Shown piece after piece: positions 24,467 to 33,749 of a stretch of 64,000 bases of DNA. The notes below the pieces were generated by a model, which searched no databases, was not told where the DNA came from, and saw only the letters and a program-made list of their open reading frames with translations. The position numbers and the translations under genes were made by a program. This DNA comes from Azolla caroliniana (Eukaryota; Plantae; Polypodiophyta): contig JBHGNT010000003.1 in NCBI GenBank assembly GCA_043228905.1, positions 496,001 through 560,000 on the forward strand, read 5' to 3'. Every line of letters starts with the position of its first letter. Within the stretch, counting starts at the first letter, position 1.

Positions 24467-25275
24467 TGTCGTGCCTTTCGGCTCCGGATCGTTGCGTGAG
24501 TCGGGTGGGAACCACAGAGGTCTTGGACTAGGAGAAAGAAGTTCGTGAGATAGAGATTAATTATGAGTAAATAGCAAAGAGAAAGATAAGAAACTCGTGA
24601 ATCACACGAGTATACTATATTAATTGGTACTTAGGGTGTTAAGAGAGAAGTAGATGTATAAATCGTGAATCCCACGAATAATTTTTGTATTGATTAATAC
24701 TTAATCCAAAAATCAACAACAACTACAATGTGCTCCCCATCCTTATATAGTGATGGGAGAGACTAAGCATAGCTACATGCTTTTTCTCATATGTTCATGC
24801 ACACTAAATGTGCATGTGATGCTTTTTTTTTTATTTCCTAAGTATAGGGCTCATGCACGCTAGATGTGCATGAGTTATTTTTAGTGTCTCGTGTTTTTTT
24901 TTTTTCTTTTTCATATATTAAAGAAATACACGATTTACCTTTTAATAAAGGTATGCATAAATAAAGGTCTTATACATATTAAATCTATATTTAAAACACT
25001 TAAGATAATTTAATGGAATGGTAAGGTTGGGGTTTGTCAATGTGGAGGTGCAAAGTTCGAATCACGCCCTGCGCAGTAGTGAGTATTTCTTTTTTTTACA
25101 TTTATGTCTCTTTATCCGGCTCTTCCTTGCCGGTATGCCGTTTTCTTCCTTGCCGGTATGCCGTTTTCCTCCTTGCCGGTATGCCGTTTTCTTCCGGTTC
25201 TCACCGAGCACTCCATTCTCTATCCGGAGGGACAAAAATATAATTTCCACATAGTGTGCAACCTACACTACGACA
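24467..25275 (-). repeat. Gypsy 3' LTR
   Basis: Direct repeat of 30943-31750. TATA-like CTATATAAGG (minus strand) near 24741-24750. Three ~22-bp TTGCCGGTATGCCGTTTTC repeats in U3. Confidence 0.95.
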
Positions 25276-28200
25276 CTCGCCCCCTCCAAACCCGCACATC
25301 CTCCGGTATGTGCCGAAGTTCTTGATTCTTCGTATCCGTCTTCATCCGAAGCTTCCTCCGATTCTCCCCTTATGTCGACTATGAGTTGTAATCCACTTTC
25401 TTCGCTTCCCGCATCATTGTGGTCTTCGTCCGATTGCTCCTCGTTGTCGGCCTCGACTTGGATCACATAAGGTTTGTCGTCGGTCCGCTTCTTAAAAATC
25501 TTCACCCGCTTCCCGGCTATAGGCACTCGTAGTATTGTTCCATCCAACTCGGACAGTCGGTACGTCCCGTTGTCGAAGACCTTCCGAACCTCGTACGGCC
25601 CGAACCACCTTTTCGCGAATTTCCGCATCGTTGTATGTTGATGGTCCAAGCTACTATCATAGACGATCACCCAATCTCCTTCTTCAATCCTCCTCGGTCG
25701 TAGTCGGTGCTTTGTGTCGAACCGGCTTTTGTTCCGGAATCGTGCTTCTTGTTGTCGGCGTGACGCTTCCGCTACATCTTTCGGTCTTCCCTCCAGTTGT
25801 CGTATCCGGACCGCTAGTAGTTCTTCCCGGCTCATCTCTTCCTTCCACGGTAGTATTGTCCATGTCGCGATTGCGGTTTCCGTTGGCATTACCGGTGCTT
25901 GTCCGGTCATGAGTTCTGCCGGCATGTAACCGGTCACGGAGCTATGCGTCGTCCGATCCGCCCATAGTGCATACGGAAGCATTTGTGGCCAATCCTTCAC
26001 CCTTCCGTCGCATGCCTTCGCAAGTGCTTTCACGATCGAACTATGTCCTCGTTCGATCTTCCCGTTGGCCTCCGGATTGTAGGCCGTTGTCAACGTTAAC
26101 CGAACTCCATGTTTGGCGAAGAATCCCCTAGCTTTGTCCGAGTCGAGTTCTCCCCGGTCCGCAATCACTTGTCCTACGCAGCCGTACCTACAAAACACTT
26201 CTTCCAAAAGAAATTGGCACACCGCGGCACACGTTTTCCTCCGAAGCGCTCGACCTTCAACTTGGTTTGTGAGATCTTCTCGAGCTAACACCAAGTATTT
26301 CTTTTGTCCAATCCCGGTCGGCATAGCTACAATGTCGACCATCCACTTGAAGTTGATTGTCGGTGAGAATGTCGGATGCAGCTCATCTCGGTGTCGGGCC
26401 CCGGAGTAGACTTGACATTTCTCGCAGCTTTCTGTGAACTCCGCGACATCTTTATACATGTTCTTCCACCAATATCTTTGCTTGATTTTCACAAAAGTTG
26501 CCCATGTTCCTCGATGTCCAGCCCAATCGGATTCGTGGAACTCGGACATTATCCGGTTTCGTTGCTCTTTCTTCCCGACTACTCGAAGTGGTATCCCATC
26601 CGGTCTTTTCGGCGTCCTCCATATTAAACCGTTTTCCAAGAAGAACTTTTGGACTTGCCTCTTCTTCCTTCGGATCTCGGCTCTCCTTTCTTTATCATTG
26701 GTTGAATCCTCGACCTCTTGTAGCATCTTCCCGATCATCAAGGTTTCCCCCTCGTATTCTTCTTCCCGGAATTCTCGGATCACGTTCACTCGGCATATGT
26801 GTTCTGACGTGAAGTAGTCTTCGGAAACTTCTTCATTATCTGATTCGGTTATGTCGTCTTCAAACCGCGCCCTCGATAACATGTCCGCTACCGCGTTGTC
26901 CTTCCCCGAGATGTGTCGAACCTCCGGATTAAGTGACTTGACATATGCAATCCACCTTAGCATAGCCACATCCGGTATCGTACAACACCGCATCATCCCG
27001 AGTATCGGAAGACAATCCGTCTCGATCACCACTTCAGCTCCGATCAAATAATCCCGATCCGATTTTATCGCCGACACGACTCCCCACAATTCTCTTTTGA
27101 CTTGTGCATATCCGCGTTGCCTTTCGTTGAGGACCTTTGCTCCAAATCGGATTGGATACCGCGAACCATCCGAGTCGGCTTGATTGATGACCCACCCGAT
27201 ACCGGTTGGACTTGTATCAACCGTTACTATGATTGGCCGCTCGTAGCTTGGCTTCTTAAGTGATTCCGCCCTCCATAGTGTCTTCTTGAGCTTCCTCATG
27301 GCTTTAGTGTGCTCCGGTTTCCACTCGAATTTCTTACCTTTCCGCAACAAGTGATAGAGCGGGTCCGCTATATGTGCATAGTGCGGAATCCATATGTGAT
27401 AGAATGCACACGCACCCAGAAACCTTCGGACTTCCGATGTTGACTCACATACTTCCTTCATAGCTTGAATCGCATCGATCTTTGTTGGTGACGGTCTTCG
27501 GCCGTAGGGTCCACATAGATGTCCGACCACCAATATTTCTTCTTGCCCGAATGCCGATTTCTCCCCGGAAAGTGTTAGGTGCACATCTTCTAGCTTTCGC
27601 AACACTTTCTCGCAATCATGAATATGGTCGACCACGAACTTTCGGCATCCCCGATCATCCATAGTCTCATCTTTTTCTTCCACCGCGCATCCTTTCATCG
27701 GAATGTCATCTAGAAACGGCATCGTTATCTCCGGAATGCAATCTCGAAGCACCTTGTTCATCGCGTTCATCATATGTGCAACCGAGTTTGTCGCTCCTTG
27801 TGGTAGTGTGCACATTCGAACTAATCCTATCGGTGTCCGCATGGTAGTGATGTCTCGGCTCTCCACGGCTAGTTGGAATTGGTCATACCCCGAGTATAGG
27901 TCCCCGATGGAGTATATCGCACGTCCGGCAAAAGCTTCCGCGAATTCGTCCACTATCGGACCGACTCCCGAGTTCCGGATCGTGACCTTGTTCACCGGTT
28001 GCAAGTCTTGGATGAATCGGAGTGACCCATTCTTCTTCGGAACCGTAAACCATCGATTTGAGTACGGAGCACTTGATGGCTCTAGAATCCCCATCGCCAC
28101 CTTCTCCTTGAGCAAGTCGATGACTTTCGGAATATGCGCCCGTGGCACCGGAATCGGCTTCAGGTTCCACGGTACATGATCAATCGTGAAAATCACCATC

Positions 28201-28868
28201 GGCTCCACTATCTTTGGATCAATGCATCCGATCTCCCTCGATGTGAACGCGAATGCTTTGCCGTGTTGCTCCAATATCTCTCGAAACCGTTTTTCTTCTT
28301 CTTGTAAGAGGAACCCACCTCCACCGATCCGAAGTTTCTTCCGGGTCTCATCTGTGAAGGCATGTCCGATATCCACGGACTTCCGAAGTGTCGGATCTCC
28401 CGAGACTTCTTTCTTCTTTTGTTCGCTATCGGCGGGTAGTGGTCCCGCGGCCGGTTTCACCTTTTTCTCCACGGTCTTGTATTTCGTACTTACCATTGCT
28501 TCTTCTTTGCGGAGCGCATCCGGCCCCATTTTCGCAACGATCTCGTACATCTCGACCGATTCCACCGGGACTACCCGGTTCCCTTGGCTTTTATCTTCCG
28601 CAAGCTCTTCAAGCCGTTGTAGTGTATTCCCATAGAACACTTCCTCGATCACTCCCACGATTTCTTCATCTTCTTTTATTATTGATGCCGACCGTAACTT
28701 ATCCTCCACTTTTCGGTATTGTTTCTTCATTCCTTCGGTTACGGCCGTGTACGTAGATGCCCCATCCGGGCCGATTCGTACTTGTTTTGCTCCGAGAGTT
28801 TTCTTCCTGTGTGGGGTATCAGGGCTTCTCGGACTATCACTTCCCCACTCCGCAACAGTCCGCTTTAA
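25263..28868 (-). CDS. Gypsy Pol (RT-RNase H-integrase), reached by -1 frameshift
   Basis: Open frame from the slippery site at 28868 through ATG 28730 to the stop at 25263, inside the 3' LTR. Motifs: DLYSGYDQ, LPQGATNS, PFLDD, VDTSPTGIG, ETDCLP, HHCC (FHESDWAGH...CEKC), D-D-E core, KRWFGPY. Confidence 0.93.
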   Translation of the reverse strand, partial: LKRTVAEWGSDSPRSPDTPHRKKTLGAKQVRIGPDGASTYTAVTEGMKKQYRKVEDKLRSASIIKEDEEIVGVIEEVFYGNTLQRLEELAEDKSQGNRVVPVESVEMYEIVAKMGPDALRKEEAMVSTKYKTVEKKVKPAAGPLPADSEQKKKEVSGDPTLRKSVDIGHAFTDETRKKLRIGGGGFLLQEEEKRFREILEQHGKAFAFTSREIGCIDPKIVEPMVIFTIDHVPWNLKPIPVPRAHIPKVIDLLKEKVAMGILEPSSAPYSNRWFTVPKKNGSLRFIQDLQPVNKVTIRNSGVGPIVDEFAEAFAGRAIYSIGDLYSGYDQFQLAVESRDITTMRTPIGLVRMCTLPQGATNSVAHMMNAMNKVLRDCIPEITMPFLDDIPMKGCAVEEKDETMDDRGCRKFVVDHIHDCEKVLRKLEDVHLTLSGEKSAFGQEEILVVGHLCGPYGRRPSPTKIDAIQAMKEVCESTSEVRRFLGACAFYHIWIPHYAHIADPLYHLLRKGKKFEWKPEHTKAMRKLKKTLWRAESLKKPSYERPIIVTVDTSPTGIGWVINQADSDGSRYPIRFGAKVLNERQRGYAQVKRELWGVVSAIKSDRDYLIGAEVVIETDCLPILGMMRCCTIPDVAMLRWIAYVKSLNPEVRHISGKDNAVADMLSRARFEDDITESDNEEVSEDYFTSEHICRVNVIREFREEEYEGETLMIGKMLQEVEDSTNDKERRAEIRRKKRQVQKFFLENGLIWRTPKRPDGIPLRVVGKKEQRNRIMSEFHESDWAGHRGTWATFVKIKQRYWWKNMYKDVAEFTESCEKCQVYSGARHRDELHPTFSPTINFKWMVDIVAMPTGIGQKKYLVLAREDLTNQVEGRALRRKTCAAVCQFLLEEVFCRYGCVGQVIADRGELDSDKARGFFAKHGVRLTLTTAYNPEANGKIERGHSSIVKALAKACDGRVKDWPQMLPYALWADRTTHSSVTGYMPAELMTGQAPVMPTETAIATWTILPWKEEMSREELLAVRIRQLEGRPKDVAEASRRQQEARFRNKSRFDTKHRLRPRRIEEGDWVIVYDSSLDHQHTTMRKFAKRWFGPYEVRKVFDNGTYRLSELDGTILRVPIAGKRVKIFKKRTDDKPYVIQVEADNEEQSDEDHNDAGSEESGLQLIVDIRGESEEASDEDGYEESRTSAHTGGCAGLEGASVVV

Positions 28869-28874
28869 AAATCC
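28811..28874 (-). promoter_or_regulatory. Predicted -1 programmed ribosomal frameshift signal (slippery heptamer plus pseudoknot)
   Basis: Minus strand reads G_GAT_TTT, stop TAA, spacer, stem 1 CGGACTGTTGC/GTGATAGTCCG, and loop GTGGGG pairing with downstream CCCCAC. Pol is in the -1 frame relative to gag-PR. Confidence 0.8.
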
Positions 28875-30904
28875 ATTCTCACTTGGGACAAGAGTTCCCT
28901 CTTGTTCCTTTCGTGATTTGCCGGCACCGTTAGGAATTGGACGGATTTCCCTCCGTTTTGGCTCCGAATTCGCGCAAAAGCCGCACCACTATCGAGCACC
29001 TTCGTCTCCATCCGTGAAGCCGTGATAAAGGGTTGGCCGAGGATGACAGAATGTGAAACCTCATCCTGCACAAAGAAATTTTGGTCAATTTCGACATCCC
29101 CGATCTTTACCGTCACATCCGGACAAGCCGCAAATAGGTCTTCTGTCGTTTTCGTGGCTGCCCGAATCTTCCATCCATGGTTGGTGTTTATAGGCCACTT
29201 CCCCTTTCGGTAGAACTCCTTGGACATCAAGTTGATCTCCGATCCGTGATCAATCAATGCTAGCACGGGTTCTTTGATGTTGCCGATTCGGACCGGAGTC
29301 TCCGTAGTCGCACGTGCCCAGTGTGGCCTTGTATAGTGGGAGTTCGGAATTTCGCCTTCCACTTCGGTGTCGTTCATTGAAACGGTATTTGCATTCACCC
29401 TTGGAGCATTTTCCTCCGTACTTTGTCTCTTCCTTTTCACAAGATCCACGAGAAGATCGTGAAACTCCTTCTTCGCTATTCCGAGTAGTTCCCGCAGCGA
29501 AAAATCGACCCGGCTATCCAAGATTCTTTCCTCGAACACTCTTTTCAAGTCGGTTTGTTGTTCTATGTCCGAGGCGAGCTTGAATGCCGGAGTCGCCTTT
29601 TCTTTTCCCTTACCTCCGGAGTTCCAGCTTTCCGGTATCTTCGATGGTCCGGCCGCATCCTCCGTGCGCCGTCGTTTCTCGTCCACATACACCTCATGTA
29701 ATTGACACAGGGCGTATATGCTATTCTTGTCGACAGGGCACTCCCATCCCGTAGCTTCCCGGACGCCTTCCGCGGTGTTTCGGATATCGTTGGAGTCGGT
29801 TTTCTCGGTGTTTCCTAGCACCTCCGGCCAGAAAGACGCCTTCGCTCCCGTTGACTCCCCGACACATATTCCCGCGGTTGTCGCATAGTTGCTTCTTGCC
29901 GCTAACTCCTCCTTGAGCACCTTCTTCATGCCGCCTTTCCGGAAGTTCGGTCGGAGTGGCTTCCGAGAGTCCATCGAATGAATCCGGTTTCCCTCGTAGT
30001 AGATGAGATCCCGTCGTAGCGCCTCCTTATGGTCGTCGCAATCCCTCCGATCGTGTTCGGCGCTATCGCACCATATGCACCGTCGATCCGTATATTTGGA
30101 GCTTGTGGGGCGGTCATCCGACTTCTTCACCATCGCGATCTTTAGATTCTCCATCTCCTTCAGCAGCTGCTCCACCGTAGACGCGTCGACTCCCTTCTCG
30201 GCCGTAATCTCCCGAGCCCTCGGTTGATGGTCTTCCAGTCCCGTTCTCGGTTTCAGAATCGGTTCCGAAACCCTCTTTTCTTCGTTGGCAAGCCATTGCC
30301 CCCTCTTCGTGTACCGCGCGACGATATCCCGCACGCTTTCCCATGTTTCGGTGAGGCCGCTTTCGGTGGTCGTGTCCTCAAGAAGCACTCCGAGATCTTT
30401 CCGGTCCCGGACGTCCACAGCTCGCAAAAACATGATGACTTTGTCCGGCGCAAGAATAGTTTGATCTCTCGCGGACAACCTCCCGAACCGACTTTCGAAT
30501 GTCGAAAACACTTCGAGGACCTTCAGCCCCTTACCTGACGTTTCCACCCAATCCTCGAATCCCCTCCGCGTTGCCTTGGAGGAGTCCTCGATGGCAAACG
30601 TGGTCTTTAACGCCTCTTCGAATGCTTCCCACGTCGAATTTTGTTGTTGCAACCCGTGGATACTCCCTTGAAGCCCGTCGGTCGCCACCCGGTTAAAGGA
30701 TGTCACTTGCAGTCCTTCCGAAGCCCGGCACCGGAGCATCTCCGCCTTGTAGTCCTGCAAATATCGCGACACATCCTTACCATTAAATTGCCTGTTGCGT
30801 TGCACCAGCCGCTCTACTGATGCCGAAATCTCCGACATCGTGCGTTGTTCTTGAAGCATCCGTTCGAACATCGCCATCATATTGTTAGCTTGTTGAGCCT
30901 CCAT
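28865..30904 (-). CDS. Gypsy Gag-protease polyprotein
   Basis: Open frame with likely ATG at 30904 (MEAQQ...), just after the PBS. Zinc knuckle CIWCDSAEHDRRDC, aspartic protease ALIDHGSEINLM and VILGQPF; ends RMDF*. Confidence 0.9.
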   Translation of the reverse strand: MEAQQANNMMAMFERMLQEQRTMSEISASVERLVQRNRQFNGKDVSRYLQDYKAEMLRCRASEGLQVTSFNRVATDGLQGSIHGLQQQNSTWEAFEEALKTTFAIEDSSKATRRGFEDWVETSGKGLKVLEVFSTFESRFGRLSARDQTILAPDKVIMFLRAVDVRDRKDLGVLLEDTTTESGLTETWESVRDIVARYTKRGQWLANEEKRVSEPILKPRTGLEDHQPRAREITAEKGVDASTVEQLLKEMENLKIAMVKKSDDRPTSSKYTDRRCIWCDSAEHDRRDCDDHKEALRRDLIYYEGNRIHSMDSRKPLRPNFRKGGMKKVLKEELAARSNYATTAGICVGESTGAKASFWPEVLGNTEKTDSNDIRNTAEGVREATGWECPVDKNSIYALCQLHEVYVDEKRRRTEDAAGPSKIPESWNSGGKGKEKATPAFKLASDIEQQTDLKRVFEERILDSRVDFSLRELLGIAKKEFHDLLVDLVKRKRQSTEENAPRVNANTVSMNDTEVEGEIPNSHYTRPHWARATTETPVRIGNIKEPVLALIDHGSEINLMSKEFYRKGKWPINTNHGWKIRAATKTTEDLFAACPDVTVKIGDVEIDQNFFVQDEVSHSVILGQPFITASRMETKVLDSGAAFARIRSQNGGKSVQFLTVPANHERNKRELLSQVRMDF

Positions 30905-30920
30905 CTCCTTGCCACCCGTC

Positions 30921-30938
30921 TTCACGTCGGGTTCACCA
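30921..30938 (-). promoter_or_regulatory. Primer-binding site complementary to tRNA-Trp
   Basis: Plus strand TTCACGTCGGGTTCACCA matches, from recall, the 3' 18 nt of plant cytosolic tRNA-Trp. It lies 4 nt from the 5' LTR. Confidence 0.8.
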
Positions 30939-30942
30939 ACTG

Positions 30943-31750
30943 TGTCGTGCCTTTCGGCTCCGGATCGTTGCGTGAGTCGGGTGGGAACCACAGAGGTCTT
31001 GGACTAGGAGAAAGAAGTTCGTGAGATAGAGATTAATTATGAGTAAATAGCAAAGAGAAAGATAAGAAACTCGTGAATCACACGAGTATACTATATTAAT
31101 TGGTACTTAGGGTGTTAAGAGAGAAGTAGATGTATAAATCGTGAATCCCACGAATAATTTTTGTATTGATTAATACTTAATCCAAAAATCAACAACAACT
31201 ACAATGTGCTCCCCATCCTTATATAGTGATGGGAGAGACTAAGCATAGCTACATGCTTTTTCTCATATGTTCATGCACACTAAATGTGCATGTGATGCTT
31301 TTTTTTTTATTTCCTAAGTATAGGGCTCATGCACGCTAGATGTGCATGAGTTATTTTTAGTGTCTCGTGTTTTTTTTTTTCTTTTTCATATATTAAAGAA
31401 ATACACGATTTACCTTTTAATAAAGGTATGCATAAATAAAGGTCTTATACATATTAAATCTATATTTAAAACACTTAAGATAATTTAATGGAATGGTAAG
31501 GTTGGGGTTTGTCAATGTGGAGGTGCAGAGTTCGAATCACGCCCTGCGCAGTAGTGAGTATTTCTTTTTTTTACATTTATGTCTCTTTATCCGGCTCTTC
31601 CTTGCCGGTATGCCGTTTTCTTCCTTGCCGGTATGCCGTTTTCCTCCTTGCCGGTATGCCGTTTTCTTCCGGTTCTCACCGAGCACTCCATTCTCTATCC
31701 GGAGGGACAAAAATATAATTTCCACATAGTGTGCAACCTACACTACGACA
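30943..31750 (-). repeat. Gypsy 5' LTR
   Basis: Direct repeat of 24467-25275; followed on the minus strand by the PBS. Confidence 0.95.
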
Positions 31751-32789
31751 ACGCGCCGGAATCAACATACCACACTTCCTCCATTTTGGAAGTGGTCTTC
31801 TTCATTGAGTTTGCCTTGTGATTCATCACCAAGGCTGGCCCCTTACCGGCCTTTCCGGTTCCGGATCCTCCTGATCCGTTTGCGTAGTGCGAGTTTTGCC
31901 GGCCATCCTTACCGGTCTTGCTGGATCCGGATTTGTCCGAATCGGCACGCTTTCTCCAGCACTCGTTTTCCCTGTGGCCTTTTTTGCCACAGTACCAGCA
32001 TTCCGTAGCGGATTTGTCTTGCCGGCCTCCGGCACCGCCTCGACTCCCCCTGCTTGTGGAAGTCCCGGAACTGCTGTCGGCACGCTCATAGTGCCTCCGT
32101 TCCTGCTCTTGCCGGCCGCCTCCACTGCGTGCCGACCCACCTCTTCCACCACGCCCATGGAGCCGATCCGTTCCCGTGTACAACATTCAGCTGTCCGGGG
32201 ATGCACTGGTAGATGCACCGGCGTGGTTCTCCTCTACAAGGAGCATCGACTGTAAGTCGAAGAATGAGGGGGTATTCTCCCTTGTACACACCGTAGTCCG
32301 GAACGCTCCGAACTTGGACGCCAGGCCTCCGAGACATACCTGCACCATCTCGTCTTCCTCTACGGTAACATTGATAGAGGCGAGCGAGTCGCAGATCTCC
32401 TTTATCCGGCCCGTGTAGTCTGCCATGGACATGTTCTTCTGTCGAACATTGCTCAACTCCTGTCTGAGTTGCAGCTTCCGGGCAGTGGTGCTTGCGGCGA
32501 AAACCTTTTTCAGGTTCCCCCAAGCATCCTTCGGTGTCTTGGCGTCACGGATGTGGCTGAGCAGCTGATCGCCGACACTGGACGCGAAGCAGTACATCAC
32601 CCTGGTTGCCGCCTGTTCCCATACCGGGAAGTCCTTGTGTGCCGAGTCGGGCGCCGCATCATTCGCTCCTTCGACATAACTCTAGTACCCGTGTCCAAGC
32701 AGGTACTGGTGCATCTTGTAAGACCAGGATGCGTAGTTGCTCCTGTTGAGCTTCTCCACCGGGAGCGACGTAGCCATGCCTCTATCCAT
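31751..32789 (-). pseudogene. Copia gag and start of protease (premature stops)
   Basis: MDRGMATSLPVEKLNRSNYASWSYKMHQYLLGHGY* (TGG>TAG), UBN2-type gag (KDAWGNLKK), zinc knuckle CWYCGKKGHRENEC, and protease WYVDSGA cut by the gypsy LTR. Confidence 0.9.
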
Positions 32790-32880
32790 GTCTTCTACTG
32801 TGTCTGTTTTCGACCTGTTAGGGTTTTCTTCTCAAGAGTAAATGTCTGCAGAGGTTCTCAACCCTCGCGCTCTGATACCA

Positions 32881-32924
32881 TGAAAACGAGAGTGTTTGCG
32901 GAAGCGTAAAACAGAGATCAACAC

Positions 32925-32956
<32 letters not shown>

Positions 32957-33285
32957 CAGAACGTAATTTCAAAATTATTTTCGGACTCTGTATACACACT
33001 GTGCTAAGTAGCACTATTTATACAAGTCCTCTTGGGACTGACAGAAGTACCATGTACTTCAATGCTCACACGAGCATCTGACACTTACTACGAGACTATA
33101 GCTACCTAGTAGTCTATCCTATACTAGGCTTCCGATTGGACTTCCGGTTACGGATTGCACCCGGCCTCCACTGCTTGCCGGTTCGGTTGCTCACCGTCAT
33201 ACCGATCCGTTTCGCCCGATCCGTCTCGCTTACCGGCTCCGGCTTATTCAGCCGATCCGGCTCCGGTTGAGCTTGCCGCTCAACA
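32881..33285 (-). repeat. Copia 5' LTR
   Basis: Direct repeat of 20685-21079, adjacent to the tRNA-iMet PBS. Confidence 0.95.
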
Positions 33286-33749
33286 ATGTTGAATTGCCAA
33301 TAGGCAAGATGAACACTCCACCGAGGAAAGAACTTCTACTTACATTAATAATACTCTCTTCAACTTACATTGATATGCTTCGACTCCATGCCTACCATCA
33401 AATACAAATGCATTATGCATATCCCAAATTTGATGCAACCCCTAATGTCTCAATAATAGCAAAACAATCTTCGTCTTTGATTTTGGGTTGATTCGTTGAA
33501 TTGGCAAACATCCACAATCTATTAAATAACACTGACAAAACTCGTAAATTTTGAGAAATGTAACTCCAAAGTTGACAAGCAATCAAACAATCTATGAAAC
33601 AATGACTACGATTTTGCACCTAAACAATGGAGAAGAAGCAATTGCATTTTGCTAGTCCCAAATCAAAACTCTTCAAATGAAGACCTTTGCTACAAGTGGC
33701 AATTTAGATCTCTCTCTTTCTCTTATAAATAATTGGTTTCATTATGAAA

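Larger units (their letters stand above)
24467..31750 (-). mobile_element. Young, intact Ty3/gypsy LTR retrotransposon (non-chromovirus, fungal-like RT; possibly Selgy/Phygy type) nested in the copia
   Basis: LTRs 24467-25275 and 30943-31750 (TGTCG...CGACA) differ by 1 substitution and 1 homopolymer indel. PPT GGAGGGGCGAG at 25276-25286. PBS at 30921-30938. Both gag-PR and RT-RH-INT ORFs are open. Confidence 0.96.
20685..33285 (-). mobile_element. Ty1/copia LTR retrotransposon (degenerate, interrupted by a nested gypsy)
   Basis: LTRs 20685-21079 and 32881-33285 (TG...CA, about 8 substitutions plus a (GA)n length difference). TSD ATGTT at 20680-20684 and 33286-33290. PBS TGGTATCAGAGC (tRNA-iMet) ends at 32880. 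PPT AGGGGGAG at 21080-21087. Gene order gag-PR-INT-RT-RH. Confidence 0.96.

Noticed and set aside
25011-25080. tRNA-Asp gene in the gypsy LTR
   Set aside because: Acceptor, anticodon and T stems do not pair. Kept only as a promoter-like module in findings.
30905-30991. N-terminal MVPTRLTQRS extension of gypsy Gag in the ORF track
   Set aside because: Starts at a GTG inside the LTR and crosses the PBS; ATG 30904 is the more plausible start.
21172-32909. Numerous plus-strand ORFs of 60-170 aa
   Set aside because: Antisense shadows of GC-rich retroelement coding sequence.
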